Source: a virus (Duplodnaviria > Caudoviricetes). From it: a stretch of DNA of 56,301 nt. The translations under genes and the position numbers were made by a program. The notes under the pieces were generated by a model. The model worked only from the letters and a program-made list of their open reading frames with translations, was not told the DNA's origin and ran no database searches. The DNA is taken from positions 1-56,301 of the IMG/VR virus record IMGVR_UViG_3300043409_000379; one strand, given 5' to 3'. Shown piece after piece: positions 17,204 through 28,600 of this stretch (positions within the stretch are counted from its first letter, which is position 1; every line of letters begins with the position of its first letter).

Positions 17204-18738
17204 CAGAACGGGCTCACATCTTTTGGTTTCGGGGGAAGTTTTAGCTTAGTCTCGGAGTGCAGTTGGTTGAAGAACGGTTGCGGAAAGAACCAGACATGCA
17301 AGCCCTTGCCGTTGACGCTCCAGAATATTTTCTTCCCATCAAGCTGCTGCAACCGAAGGCCGAGTTTGTTAGGACTGTAGTGCAGGAAGTTGTTGACAGT
17401 CAGGTGCTTGTGTAAGTCCTTCGCTTGGAAGAAGACCTTGCCACCATGCCAAACGGCGATGCCCTGCAAGATGTCCTCTTTCTCTTCACCCTTTGCACGA
17501 TCACAGCAGAAGCTGACAAGCAAATCCTCGAACGCACCCTTGAACGTAGCGTCTGGTGCTACTTCCTCAACCGTGACAGCATCCAGAAGCATTTGCATTC
17601 TGCGCTGCCATGCTGGTGCGCCCATTGCTACAGGAAACTTGTTAATCTGCGCTACGCATTCTTTCTGAAACAACGTCTGCGATACAAGCGCGTCCGTGCT
17701 GAGTTCGACCCGATGCCCGTCTACGTTCAGGAGCCAGATCGGAGGATCACCGTTAATCTTTGTCAGACCTGACAGATCGTTTGACTTTCCGCCCGGCCCG
17801 ATACCAAACTTCCGTGTCAGACAGAGTTCCTTGTTGCAAAAGCTGACAATCGGTTGGTCATCGCACTTGTAGAAATACTCTTTCTTCTGCAACTGCTTGA
17901 TGATTATGGATACCTCTTTCTCACCAAGGGGCGGCCTCATGTACTTTATATTGTACGTTTGAAGCACTTCCTCCCACTTCTCTTTATGCGCTTGTCTGGC
18001 ATAGACACCGAGACTGAACAGGGCGTTGTTCCTACCGCCTTCACCAAACCCTTGTGAACACAGGTGCTGTAAGCATGGCGGTCCATGTGGGAGCAACTCC
18101 TCTACCTTGTCGCCTTCCGCCTTCCAGAGCATAAAGTCGTTCGGGGAAACGCGAAGACTGAACGCCAAGGCGAGGAACTCAGCCTCATCCATACTCTCGC
18201 CAGACTGGTCAAAAGCATAGCGTGTTGTGTTCGCGCCGCTGAAGTACGGCATGTTGATGAAATTACCCGTGTCACCGCGCTCGACCAACAGCTTCGTCTG
18301 CTTCGGGAACACTTCTGATCCGGCATGACCGAGGAAGGAGGATATCTCTGTCAGCTTCGTGTGCAGATGCAACGCCGTGATCTCTTCCGTGAAGAAGAAA
18401 TAGACGTGCGCTCCACCCGACTTGCTGCGACAGACGACCGCATCGAACCCGTGCTTCTTGAGTTTCAGTGACAGGTCTTTGTGATTAATGTTGTACGTGT
18501 CGATGTCGATGGCACCCCAGTGACAGCAGTTGTTGTCCTTGATCGGGATGATGCCAAGACCAACCTCACCTGCGAGGTGCTTCGACCAATGGTCTAAGGT
18601 TGTCTTCTCTTGGATAACACGGGCAAACCCCTGCTTCTTGCCGTCGCGTTCTCTGTCAGTCGTGACATTGAACACGCCGTGAGCGCGGTCGTTACCCAAA
18701 AATAATTCAAAAAACTTGTCGGAGTTTGCAGAGTTCAT
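17203..18738 (-). CDS. AEP-type primase with PriCT-like domain
   Basis: WGAIDID, RSKSGGAHVY, PPCL...EGGRNNALF. Start placed at MNSANS. Confidence 0.85.
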   Translation of the reverse strand: MNSANSDKFFELFLGNDRAHGVFNVTTDRERDGKKQGFARVIQEKTTLDHWSKHLAGEVGLGIIPIKDNNCCHWGAIDIDTYNINHKDLSLKLKKHGFDAVVCRSKSGGAHVYFFFTEEITALHLHTKLTEISSFLGHAGSEVFPKQTKLLVERGDTGNFINMPYFSGANTTRYAFDQSGESMDEAEFLALAFSLRVSPNDFMLWKAEGDKVEELLPHGPPCLQHLCSQGFGEGGRNNALFSLGVYARQAHKEKWEEVLQTYNIKYMRPPLGEKEVSIIIKQLQKKEYFYKCDDQPIVSFCNKELCLTRKFGIGPGGKSNDLSGLTKINGDPPIWLLNVDGHRVELSTDALVSQTLFQKECVAQINKFPVAMGAPAWQRRMQMLLDAVTVEEVAPDATFKGAFEDLLVSFCCDRAKGEEKEDILQGIAVWHGGKVFFQAKDLHKHLTVNNFLHYSPNKLGLRLQQLDGKKIFWSVNGKGLHVWFFPQPFFNQLHSETKLKLPPKPKDVSPF

Positions 18739-18754
18739 TTCTACGCCTCTTACA

Positions 18755-18791
18755 GAAAAGGAAACGGTCGCCTCAATCAAGAGACGACCGC
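18755..18791 (-). terminator. Terminator-like hairpin between the SSB-like gene and primase
   Basis: Minus strand reads CGGTCGTCTC-TTGATT-GAGGCGACCG followed by TTTCCTTTT. Confidence 0.5.
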
Positions 18792-18803
18792 CGATAGGGT
18801 AGA

Positions 18804-19628
18804 TTAGAAAGGAATGTCATCGTCGTGACGTGAAGCAACTTGTGGTGCAGCAGACGTTGCATCTACCTCTATCTTTACCTTCACCTCTCCGGCCTTGACA
18901 GACTTGGAAAACTCAAGAGCCATGTGAAACAGTTCTTTTTCCATTGAGTTTTTCATATCCAACGTAGCGGTCTTGGAGATATCCCATCCGAACCACGCAC
19001 CCTTGTCGTTCTTCTCTTGCACCGTTTTCAAGCGATAGGTGTGTGACATCATCGGAAGCGTGTAGATATTACCCGCCGCAGTTCGACCCGTCAGGGTCTG
19101 CATCTGTGTCAGCCATTTGCGAGCCTTCTTTAACTGTGTCGAAGTCATCGTAATCAGGCAGCGGCTTGGACCGTCCTTGCCAATCATCAGCACATAGAAT
19201 TCTGCTGTATTGGTAAGAAGGTTACCGTTTGGCAGGATTTCCTGTCCGCGGTCATCCCGATAGGTCGTTCCGACAATCGGGTCATCCACGGAATGCGTTG
19301 CAACAAATCCACCACCCTTCTCGCGAGGCTTCCACTCGACATACACGCGACGATAGTAGCAAGGGACAATCTCAAGACCCGCGTCACCATTGTAAGCTGT
19401 ATTCTCTACGGTGTTGTAGATCATACCCGCCTCAGCACCTTCAACATAGGCACCATCACGCTTGTTCACCTGTGGCGACAACTGCGCCAAGATGCGTAGA
19501 TATGGAATAGACAGGTCCTGAGCAGAGATATTCTCAAGACCCTCGTTTGCATACGCCTCAAAGAACTCGTCCATCATTATCACAACAGCACCAGTCTTCG
19601 CCGCAGCCACTTCTGTACCTTTAGCCAT
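18804..19628 (-). CDS. Putative ssDNA-binding/replication protein with DDDIPF tail
   Basis: In the replication module; acidic SSB-like C terminus HDDDIPF. Confidence 0.6.
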   Translation of the reverse strand: MAKGTEVAAAKTGAVVIMMDEFFEAYANEGLENISAQDLSIPYLRILAQLSPQVNKRDGAYVEGAEAGMIYNTVENTAYNGDAGLEIVPCYYRRVYVEWKPREKGGGFVATHSVDDPIVGTTYRDDRGQEILPNGNLLTNTAEFYVLMIGKDGPSRCLITMTSTQLKKARKWLTQMQTLTGRTAAGNIYTLPMMSHTYRLKTVQEKNDKGAWFGWDISKTATLDMKNSMEKELFHMALEFSKSVKAGEVKVKIEVDATSAAPQVASRHDDDIPF

Positions 19629-19631
19629 AGT

Positions 19632-20192
19632 TCACTTTCTCCTTATCTTAGCTTTTGCACCAACAAAAATACCAAACAGATCGGACGGAATTGATTTACC
19701 CGCCTCCACTTGCTCTTTCACAAACGCCTTTAACGTCATAGGCTCGACCCAAACCTTGCGGCTTGCGTTAAACCCTTCTTCTTCCAAACGCTCTACAAGA
19801 CTGTCTGCAAGACCGTCTTGTCCGCGACTGAATGAAGCCGAGACCTGATTTTTAATCAGGTCTTCAAATCCGTTTGAGTGCAACCACTCAAACGCCTCCT
19901 CTGTCCGTTCCTTCGGGATAGACGCCCCGTAGAACGTCGATACCGATACTTCGCTGCCATCAGCCATGCGGAGTTTAGTCAACCCATTCTCCGCAAGAGC
20001 CGCAGGGAGCAGGTCATCGGAGATGGCAGTCAGACGCTTCTTCTCGGCTGCCAGTTCCTCTTCCAAGTCAGCGACACGCTTCTCCAAAAGAAGTTGCTGC
20101 CGAACCAACGTAGATACTTGTGAAAGACCCCTGTCGTCTACGGACTGTAGAGCGAGGGCCGCATCTTCAAAATCATTCATCGAATGCTCCAA
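19632..20192 (-). CDS. Conserved hypothetical protein of the replication module
   Basis: 186 aa, coiled coil plus AFEWL...VEPMTLKAFVKEQ. Confidence 0.7.
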   Translation of the reverse strand: MEHSMNDFEDAALALQSVDDRGLSQVSTLVRQQLLLEKRVADLEEELAAEKKRLTAISDDLLPAALAENGLTKLRMADGSEVSVSTFYGASIPKERTEEAFEWLHSNGFEDLIKNQVSASFSRGQDGLADSLVERLEEEGFNASRKVWVEPMTLKAFVKEQVEAGKSIPSDLFGIFVGAKAKIRRK

Positions 20193-20505
20193 TTTCTATT
20201 TCTAACGAAACCGAATAGTACGTCTCCCGAAGTCGATCCCACTTCAGTATCCTAATCTTGCCCTGATTGTTTAACAAGGCAATGGCGAAGGAAAGACCGA
20301 TAGCAGCAGGATCTCCGGACAACAGTAGGTAGTCGTCATCGCCAAACTTAGCAAGAACGCTCTCTATCTTATCCACCAGTTCTGTTTTTTTATCGGAGTC
20401 GGTAATCTGCTCTTCGGCTGCAAGAATGATCTCCAAGGAGCCAAATGCAATGGCGTCGGTCAAATCCTTGCCGCGTAATTCTTGTGTAATGAAGACTGTC
20501 ATCAT
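20173..20505 (-). CDS. Conserved hypothetical protein
   Basis: MMTVFITQE...DYLLLSGDPAAI...ILKWDR; GAAAGGG RBS; first gene of the leftward replication operon. Confidence 0.7.
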   Translation of the reverse strand: MMTVFITQELRGKDLTDAIAFGSLEIILAAEEQITDSDKKTELVDKIESVLAKFGDDDYLLLSGDPAAIGLSFAIALLNNQGKIRILKWDRLRETYYSVSLEIEIGAFDE

Positions 20506-20633
20506 ACCCTTTCTAAGTTCGCTTTCTACCTTCCGACAATACGAATCACTTGTGAACTTGTCAATAGGGTGATTGATATAATTGACAGTCAATGTTAAAG
20601 GTCGGAGGTCAAAGGGCAGAGGAGAAAGAGCCA

Positions 20634-22082
20634 ATGAACAATTACGAATTTAAATTCACCCCATACAAACATCAGATGACTGCTCTGGATATGAGCAAGA
20701 ACAAGGATAATTTCGCGTTGTTCTGCGAGATGGGGACGGGTAAGTCCAAGATACTCATAGATACAATGTGTATGCTTCGGGATGCGGGTGACATCAACGG
20801 TGCGCTGATCGTCGCTCCGAAAGGTGTTTATAAGAACTGGGAGCGCAGTGAACTTCCCACCCATATGCCTGACCGCTACGTGGATACCACCGACATAGTT
20901 GCGTGGAGTCCGAAGGAAACCAAAGCGCAGTTGGCGGCGTTGAGCGTTCTTCTAAAGAAGGACGGGCGATTCAAACTCCTTGTAATGAATGTCGAAGCGT
21001 TCTCGACCTCGAAGGGAACTGAGTTCGCCACGAAGTTTATGAAGGCGAACAAGTGTCTGATGGCGGTGGACGAAAGCACGACGATCAAGAACAGAACCGC
21101 CAAGCGCACCAAGAACATCGTGAAGGTTGGCGATCTGGCAGAGTACCGCCGCATTCTGACAGGCTCTCCGGTGACGAAATCTCCGATGGACCTGTACTCA
21201 CAGTGTGCCTTCCTTGATCCAAGGCTGATCGGGTTCAACTCGTTCTTTGCATTCCAAGCGCGATACGCAAAGATGGTGCGTCGAACAATGGGGGCGCACA
21301 GCTTCAACCAGATCGTCGGGTATCAAAACTTGGAAGAGTTATCCACCCGACTGGATAATTTTAGCTATCGCGTTCTGAAAAAGGATTGTCTCGACCTTCC
21401 GGAGAAGGTTTACATCAAGCGTACCGTTGAACTCTGTCCGGAACAGGCCGTCCTCTATCGGCAGATGAAAGACATGTCGATTGCGCTTTTGCAAAACAAG
21501 GGAATGGTGACAGCCCAAAACGTGCTGACACAGCTTCTGCGGTTGCAACAGATTTGCTCGGGCTTCATCAAGAACGACGACGGCGAGATCAAACGCTTCG
21601 AGTCAAACAAGATCAAAGAACTGATGGAGACTGTCGAGGAGATCGACGGGAAGGCGATTATCTGGGCGGTGTTTACGGACGACATCTTGGCGATCACCAA
21701 AGCACTCAAGGAAGAGTACGGTCCTGACTCCGCTGCTGCGTACTACGGCGCGACCGAAGCTGACGAGAGACAGAACATCGTCGATAAGTTCCAACAGCCA
21801 GACAGCAAATTACGCTTCTTTGTTGGACAGCCGCGTACTGGTGGGTATGGCCTGACGCTGACAGAAGCCCGCACCGTGATCTACCTGAACAATGTCTTTG
21901 ATCTGGAGGTTCGTCTTCAGAGCGAGGATCGCGCTCACCGTATCGGACAGAAGAATACTGTCACCTATATCGACATTGTTGCCGAGGGAACGGTGGACGA
22001 GAAAATCCTCAAGGCGTTGCGAGACAAGATTGATGTCGCAACGCTGATCTTGAAGGAAGAATACAAGGACTGGTTGATTTAA
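20634..22082 (+). CDS. SNF2-family (SF2) helicase
   Basis: EMGTGKS, VDEST, LTGSP, GGYGLTL, QSEDRAHRIGQ; GAGGAG RBS. Confidence 0.93.
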   Translation: MNNYEFKFTPYKHQMTALDMSKNKDNFALFCEMGTGKSKILIDTMCMLRDAGDINGALIVAPKGVYKNWERSELPTHMPDRYVDTTDIVAWSPKETKAQLAALSVLLKKDGRFKLLVMNVEAFSTSKGTEFATKFMKANKCLMAVDESTTIKNRTAKRTKNIVKVGDLAEYRRILTGSPVTKSPMDLYSQCAFLDPRLIGFNSFFAFQARYAKMVRRTMGAHSFNQIVGYQNLEELSTRLDNFSYRVLKKDCLDLPEKVYIKRTVELCPEQAVLYRQMKDMSIALLQNKGMVTAQNVLTQLLRLQQICSGFIKNDDGEIKRFESNKIKELMETVEEIDGKAIIWAVFTDDILAITKALKEEYGPDSAAAYYGATEADERQNIVDKFQQPDSKLRFFVGQPRTGGYGLTLTEARTVIYLNNVFDLEVRLQSEDRAHRIGQKNTVTYIDIVAEGTVDEKILKALRDKIDVATLILKEEYKDWLI

Positions 22083-22681
22083 CCGAGAGCCTTTTGATAC
22101 GCATTGGCCAGTTTGATATCGTACTGGTTCTTTGCGTACTGGGGTCCGTTGTACCCTTTTGCAAACGCTGCCCAGTCTTTGCTCTTTAGTGCATTCAAAA
22201 GACCTGCCGACTTACAGAAGTTTGCCATGTGGCGAAGTTGCTGCCCCTCAGACTGCATGGCCTGAGCCAGCATCTCGGCAACATTCTCGCATCCCACCAT
22301 CTTGTAGTTCGATCCCATCACCTGACCGAGACCCCACGATGTTGACAGAAGTGCGGCATCCGCGTCGATGTCGTATGCTGCTGCGATCTCCGCATACACA
22401 GCGTCCGATCCTTTCGGGTACGGCTTCTCTCCCCACTTCGGGTATGCAAGTCCCATAGCAACCGCCTGATCCAACTCAACAGGTTTTGTCTTGAGGTGCT
22501 TGAAGAAGTGGTGCCGCTCGAACAGGGCCTTTGGTCTGCCAGATTTGTCAAAGCCAGATCCTGCCGACTCCACTGCCAGAACTGCTTTCAGGGCAGCGAC
22601 CTCCACGCCGATCTCCCCGGCAACCGTGGAGACATCTTCGTCCGTCATTGGTAGGGCAGCACCTTTGAAATCGTCACTCAT
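22079..22681 (-). CDS. Endolysin, N-acetylmuramidase (DUF3380-type)
   Basis: VESAGSGF...ALFERHHF...TSWGLGQVMGSNY...FAKGYNGPQY. Confidence 0.9.
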   Translation of the reverse strand: MSDDFKGAALPMTDEDVSTVAGEIGVEVAALKAVLAVESAGSGFDKSGRPKALFERHHFFKHLKTKPVELDQAVAMGLAYPKWGEKPYPKGSDAVYAEIAAAYDIDADAALLSTSWGLGQVMGSNYKMVGCENVAEMLAQAMQSEGQQLRHMANFCKSAGLLNALKSKDWAAFAKGYNGPQYAKNQYDIKLANAYQKALG

Positions 22682-22683
22682 TA

Positions 22684-25600
22684 TCAGTCCTCAAGTTTTG
22701 TTGCACGGGCAGTTTCCGTCGCATACTTCTGGATTTTTAAGTAGTCTTCCCGAATGCTCTTATTCAAGTCTTGGATCTCGGCACGACGCTTTTCAGGAGT
22801 CATGCTCTGGTCTTTTGCTATCTGGGCGCGATACGCCTCGCGCTTGTGAATTGTATTTAACATGTAATTTATATTCTGCGCCCTCTGCTTGACGACATCC
22901 AGCGGGGTAATGTTAAACCCGAACAGTCTTGCGGCAGTAGCAAGGGTATCAGGCTTCGCCATCCCACGCTTGTCTGTTCCCGTCCCGTCCGAGAACAGGC
23001 TGTTGTAGATACGCGGAATCGCACCACCGCTGTTGTCCATGTTGTTCAGGTCAAAACTTAACATCGGAGGAAGGGCTTGGTTCCAAGCATACGAAAGACC
23101 AGAAAAGAACTGATTCATTCCAGTATCCAACGGGTTTACAACCTGCTTGTCAGTGAACGGGTCACGTCCTGTCGCCATGACAGCAATCGCTGTGATGAGT
23201 GGTCCACCGGGAACAAACTGTCCGCCGAGTTGCTTCAAACCCTTTACAGGCTCTCCGTACCACGCGGCTGTCACGACAGGATCGGTGAATGCCGCCCAAG
23301 GGAAGAAGTACCCAAGATCGACCATCTGGATTTTTCCGTTGGAGTCCTTCCAAGGAAGGATATACATCGACCCCTTGTCACGCATATAGTCTGCCGCAGT
23401 TTTACGAGCAGCCTCGTAATCCTCATCGTCCCAATCCAACTGTGCCATTGCAATCTGTGGGAGGGCATAGGACAGCATAATGTATGGAGCAAACCGAAGT
23501 GGATGCTCTCTTGCTGTCTGGATCAGCTTTGGCAGAACCTTGTAGTAGTATGTAATGAACGGAAGACCGAGGGGAGCGTTCCGAAGCCATCTGATATTCG
23601 GGTTCACCATCGTGTAATCAAACAGCGAGTCATGTGCAGCGTCCACAGACTCGGATACCGTCTTGCCGTTCTTCCGGCTCTCAATAAAGAGGGCCATCTT
23701 GAACAGAACTTCCATGTTCTGATAGAACTCGCCCGGCTTTGACAGAAGGTACTTCGCTGCAATACGGCCCGTAGCCATCGCTCCGAAGAAGTTGTTCTTG
23801 TCTCCGCGAGCCTGATACTGCTTCATAGTGTTGAACATTATTTTAAGTTCGGCAGCCGCCATCGTTCCACCTTGGATGCCGTACTCCTGTGCGTCCTTCC
23901 AATACTGATCTTTGCTCGACCATGATTTTGCTGCCGCTGACAATGCGCTTGGCAACTTGTGCAATGGAATTCCACCAAATACGTTCAATGCCACAATGTT
24001 CGAGATGACGTTACGAACCTGAGATGGGACGTTAAAAGTTACTTTTCCAAGTTTCCAAACCTTGTTTGCATTGACCAACAGACTTTGTTCGTCACCAAGA
24101 ATTTTACCAATCATCGACTGGTTCGTGTTCGGAACCATTGCAAAAGTACCAACAAGATCGTCGTAGATACCCTCTTGAACAACAGCACCGCGCAACACAC
24201 CGTATCGTGGCGTATCTGGCAAACGCTGATACCCGTCTGGAATCTTTGACTCTGGTCCATATCCCGGAATTTTATCCAGCAACTTCTGCATACTTGCAAT
24301 CTCCTTGCGGACGATTGCAGCGCGGGCGGGATCTGTCTGCTCTGCCAGAGGAAGAGTGACCGTCTTCATCAACTTGATCTCGCTTGCCATCCAGAACGGG
24401 GATACCATCTTCCCCCTCCAGTTGATCACACTGTCGTCGAGTACCCACTTGACGCCCGATGTGGTGCCAATCTCGGCAAAGTATTGGGCCAGAGCCATGT
24501 CTCTGGCAGGACGGGCGATTGCAACATACGCCAAGAACGCAGGGTTCTTGATTTCACCCAGCAGTTCGCGCTCCTCGACAGAAAGCTGATCATCACGGAG
24601 TTTCAAATACTCCTGCTTGCTCAGTCCCATGTTAGGGGTCTTCATTCCCCGTTCAGTCGCCTCATAGTACAAATAAAGACGCGGGACGTACTGATCGTAG
24701 TTTTTATCAAGCGATTCCTGCGTCATGAATCCGGCATCAACAAGCCGCTTACCTTGCTTATTGATCTCTTCCTTTGCACGGACAGCAGCCTTGCGGACTT
24801 CCGGATCGACAATCATCGACGGAGATGCGCCGCGTGTCGTCAGGAACTTGTAGACATTCCCGTTGTGACCGCTGTCAGCCTTTGATCCCTTTGCAATGTC
24901 GGCAGCAATCTTCTGTCCAAGTTCGTTTGCAGTTCCGGTCGTGCCAAGAAGCCTGTTGCGGAACGAACGAAGCAGTGGCGCGTTGTCGATGAAAGCCCAC
25001 GGATCGAAGAATTCCTTCACCGTGTCCGTGATATTGCTCCATCTGGTAGAGTTCACCTGCGCCCCCGCTGCATTCGGAGCGTTTGCAACTTTTGGTGGAA
25101 CCTTTACACGAGAGTACCTAATATCAGGGTTAGTTTCATCAAACGTACCTATGTTACCCGTGGCAGATTTAACCTGTGTTGGTTTGAATACAACAAACTC
25201 TTTTGTTCCTTCCGCATCTTTGCTATCAAGAATGACACCATCATACCCAGCATCAATCAACTGTTTACGGATGTTCTCAGCAATCTCTGTGTCACCGGCT
25301 TCAATGGCTTCTTTAATCGCAGTCTTTTCTGTTTGCGTTGCAAGGTATGGGTTCTTCATACTTAAGTGAAGAGGCATGACATTCGGTGCGTTGCCTCTCT
25401 TCATACTAGCGTACATGCTTGCAAGAGAGGTGTTATTAGTAAAATAAAACCCACGACCAAGCCACCCAACGTCTTTCTTGTTGGGCTGATAGTCTCTGAA
25501 CTCAGAAAAGACATCAGCTGTGCCATGGTACACGACGTTAGGAACATCCGGATGATTACCTTTTTGGAAGGCAGCAAGGTTCTCTGACCTTACACCCTCG

Positions 25601-28600
25601 TCAGCAATATATTCTTTTCTAAACCTAGCCCGAGAGAACTCAAAGTCCGATCTTCCAGCGTATGTTGGATTTTTGGCATACACCAACGGCCCAATCTGTA
25701 AAACTTCCTCTGCTGCAACAACAGGCTTCATATCACCACGGGTATAGAAGAACGAATGCCGTGTCGGGTCCATCCCCACCTGCACCCATGCGGGATTGAT
25801 ATGAACCTGTTTCGCCTTGGCGTATGCTTCCTTTGAAGTAATTGGTTTGAAACCACCCCTCATGGTTGCGTATGGTGCTTTACCTGCACCCTTAGCTGTG
25901 GCAAGGGCCGCACTTTCTGTTACGCTAAATGTGACATCAGTTGCCGCGCTTACGCTTTCATAGACAGTTGGTTTTTTGGTTTGAGTACCCGAACTTCCAT
26001 CATGGATAGCGTTAACCCAAGCATTTTTACCATCCTCTCTGGCATAAGCAGGGATATCCAATCGCAGTTTAACGGGATCGCCTTCTTTGTAGTACTGGTC
26101 TGCTAAACCATACTTGTCCTGTTTATTCTCATATAAGGCGTTTATCGCTTGTTCAGAGGTTGCTGGAACAGGGATATTTTTTATGTCATACAACTCGACA
26201 GGTTTTCTCTTACGAACCAACGCATCCCATTGATCCGGCGTAATCTCCCCATCCTTTAACTTAGCTACGTTCTCTTCCAAAACAGGATCACGTTTTAAGA
26301 TATCCTTATGGGGCATCCCTATTCGTGAGAAGTTCTTAGCACGGGAGAATTCTGTTGACCTTGCCGTTCCCGGCTTGAACTCATTGAAAACACTTTTAAT
26401 GGCAGTTGGGTCTTTCAATATAACAACAAGGCTGTCATTGGTTGCTATACCCGTTTTCCGGTTTGGTGGAATCCAAGCGTCATACCCCTGACTACGTAGA
26501 GTATCAAAAAATCTAGATTGCGCTTCCTTGTAGTTATCCTTCTTCGCTTCTGGCGGCAAGTTACCTCTATAGGGATTTTCTACCCTTAAGAATACAGGTA
26601 TGACACGACTTGCCGTATTTTTCAGTTGGGGACTAAAATCTTTTTTAGAGACTAGATCGTAGTACTCGGCAAGTGTGAGTTTTTTAACACCTTGGCTATC
26701 ATTATTTTCAGCATACTTAGATGCCTCTTCTGGATCAGTGGTAAACCAAGTACCATGGCGTCCAACCTTAAACGACTTGAAAATAAAATCCTTTGACGTT
26801 CCGGTGTAGAACACAAGCGGCTTGCCTGTATTAACATCCGTAATTGCGGCCCCTCTTGACCACGCATCATATTCCTCGTCCCTAGTACGATTGACAGGCT
26901 TATCGCGATAAACCCTTTCTTTTTTTGCAGGAACTATACTTTCGAACTCTGCTAAAAGATCATCAGGAAGATCCCAATCAATCACCCCCTCCGCCCTGTT
27001 TATGGTGTAAGGGTCGCGAGAATACTCCGGCCCAGAAGTCTTCTGACCAGTATTAAGACCACGCTGTGCAACACCTGCCGACACACCAGCAAACGCTTCT
27101 TCAACAGTTGTGAAGCCCTGACCACTTAGCATATTGCCAATGGCTTCTCTGACAGACTTTACAAAATTTACAAAACGTACAAAAGCCGACCCGAGCCCAC
27201 CAATCTGGACGTTGTTCTGTCTGGCCTGATCAAGAAGACCAAACACATATGCCTTGAGTTCGCGTTCCTTCTGGAACTGGCTCGTCTCTTCTGCAACAGC
27301 AGCGTCGATATCACGCGACATCAACGTATCATACAGTGATTCCTTGCCGTCCACCATCGGGTTGCGGGTGTTCTTCAACACACGCAGAAGATTTGGATTG
27401 ATCTCGTCAATCTTCGTCGCGCCCTTGAATGCAGCGTCGATAATCCGGCCCGTTGCACGATCAGAAGCAGCAAAGGCGTCCTCCAACGAATGCCAGATCT
27501 CATGCGATGTTGTTTCCAGCGGATTGTAGTCCGGGTTCAACGACAGTTCGATAAGCTGGCGGTACGCTGACCGGGTTCCTCCGACTTCCACGTCTGCCAG
27601 AAAATCACCGGGATTCTCCGGATCTGGGAATGTACCAAACAAGTTGGCAGCAAACTTGATCTTCTGCGCTCCTGTCACGCCGCTCAACAGGCGCATGACA
27701 GTTTCTGACATCTTGAACGCTTGAAGAACCTGATCGACAGATATTTTTCTGTCAGCAATAGCCCGCTTCAAAGCTACTGCCAGATTCCTGCCCTGATCGG
27801 TATCGTCACCTGCCAGCTTCTTGATGGCGTCGTCGATCCGCTGCATTGCAGCAGCTTTGTCTTCCGCCGTAATCGTCTTGACGGGCTCAACAACAGGGGT
27901 CGGAGGTTGTTGGGCAGCCGTCTTCGCTGCACGGGCCTTCGCCTTGGCCTTCTTGGACTTCCGTTTTCCACCAGCACGGGAATATTCTTTATCAATTTCA
28001 GAAATAAATATGTTTTCGAGGCTAGGTTCTCTGGGATTGAAAGGGATTTTCTTTGCCGTTGCCTCCGCCTTTGTTTTCAAAGCGGCAGCATATGTCGCTT
28101 GTGGATCAAGCGTCGGGTCGTTTATGATCTTATCATAGGCAAAGGTCATCGCTTCATTGTCGAGCGGCATCTTGTCAGTGAATACAAGACGGTTCAAATC
28201 ATCCGCAGCCGTTCGACGTGCAGTATCTTTCCGCTCACCACTCACCTTTTCGTCATTAACAATCGCCTTTTCTACCGCAACAACAGGGTCGTCCTCCCGT
28301 CCTTCTACCAGACGGCGGACAGCATCATCGTAGGCTTCATCGGAATAGTTCTGATATCCGGCATCTGCAATCGCGCCATCGACGGCACGTTCGATATCCC
28401 CTATTAGAGCCTCTTTTGTCTGACCTTTTCCTGCAAACGCTGCGAGTTTTTCTGGGTCGTACACACCGTTCGTAGGAAGATCGGCAGTTCTACCAGCAGA
28501 GATGTCTTGCGCCAACAGGGTACGGAATTTAGCAACGTCTTCTTTGGTGACAGCCCCGCCTTGTTGATCAACAGGTCCAAGCCATCCAGCATTCTTGGCC

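Noticed and set aside
20173-20505. CRISPR ring-nuclease-like annotation for the LSGDP protein
   Set aside because: This rests only on a vague small alpha/beta resemblance and cannot be supported without a profile or structure search.
25108-27016. Absence of TGACAG as a marker of the inserted ART modules
   Set aside because: Re-reading found copies at about 26432 and 26892, so absence cannot be claimed.
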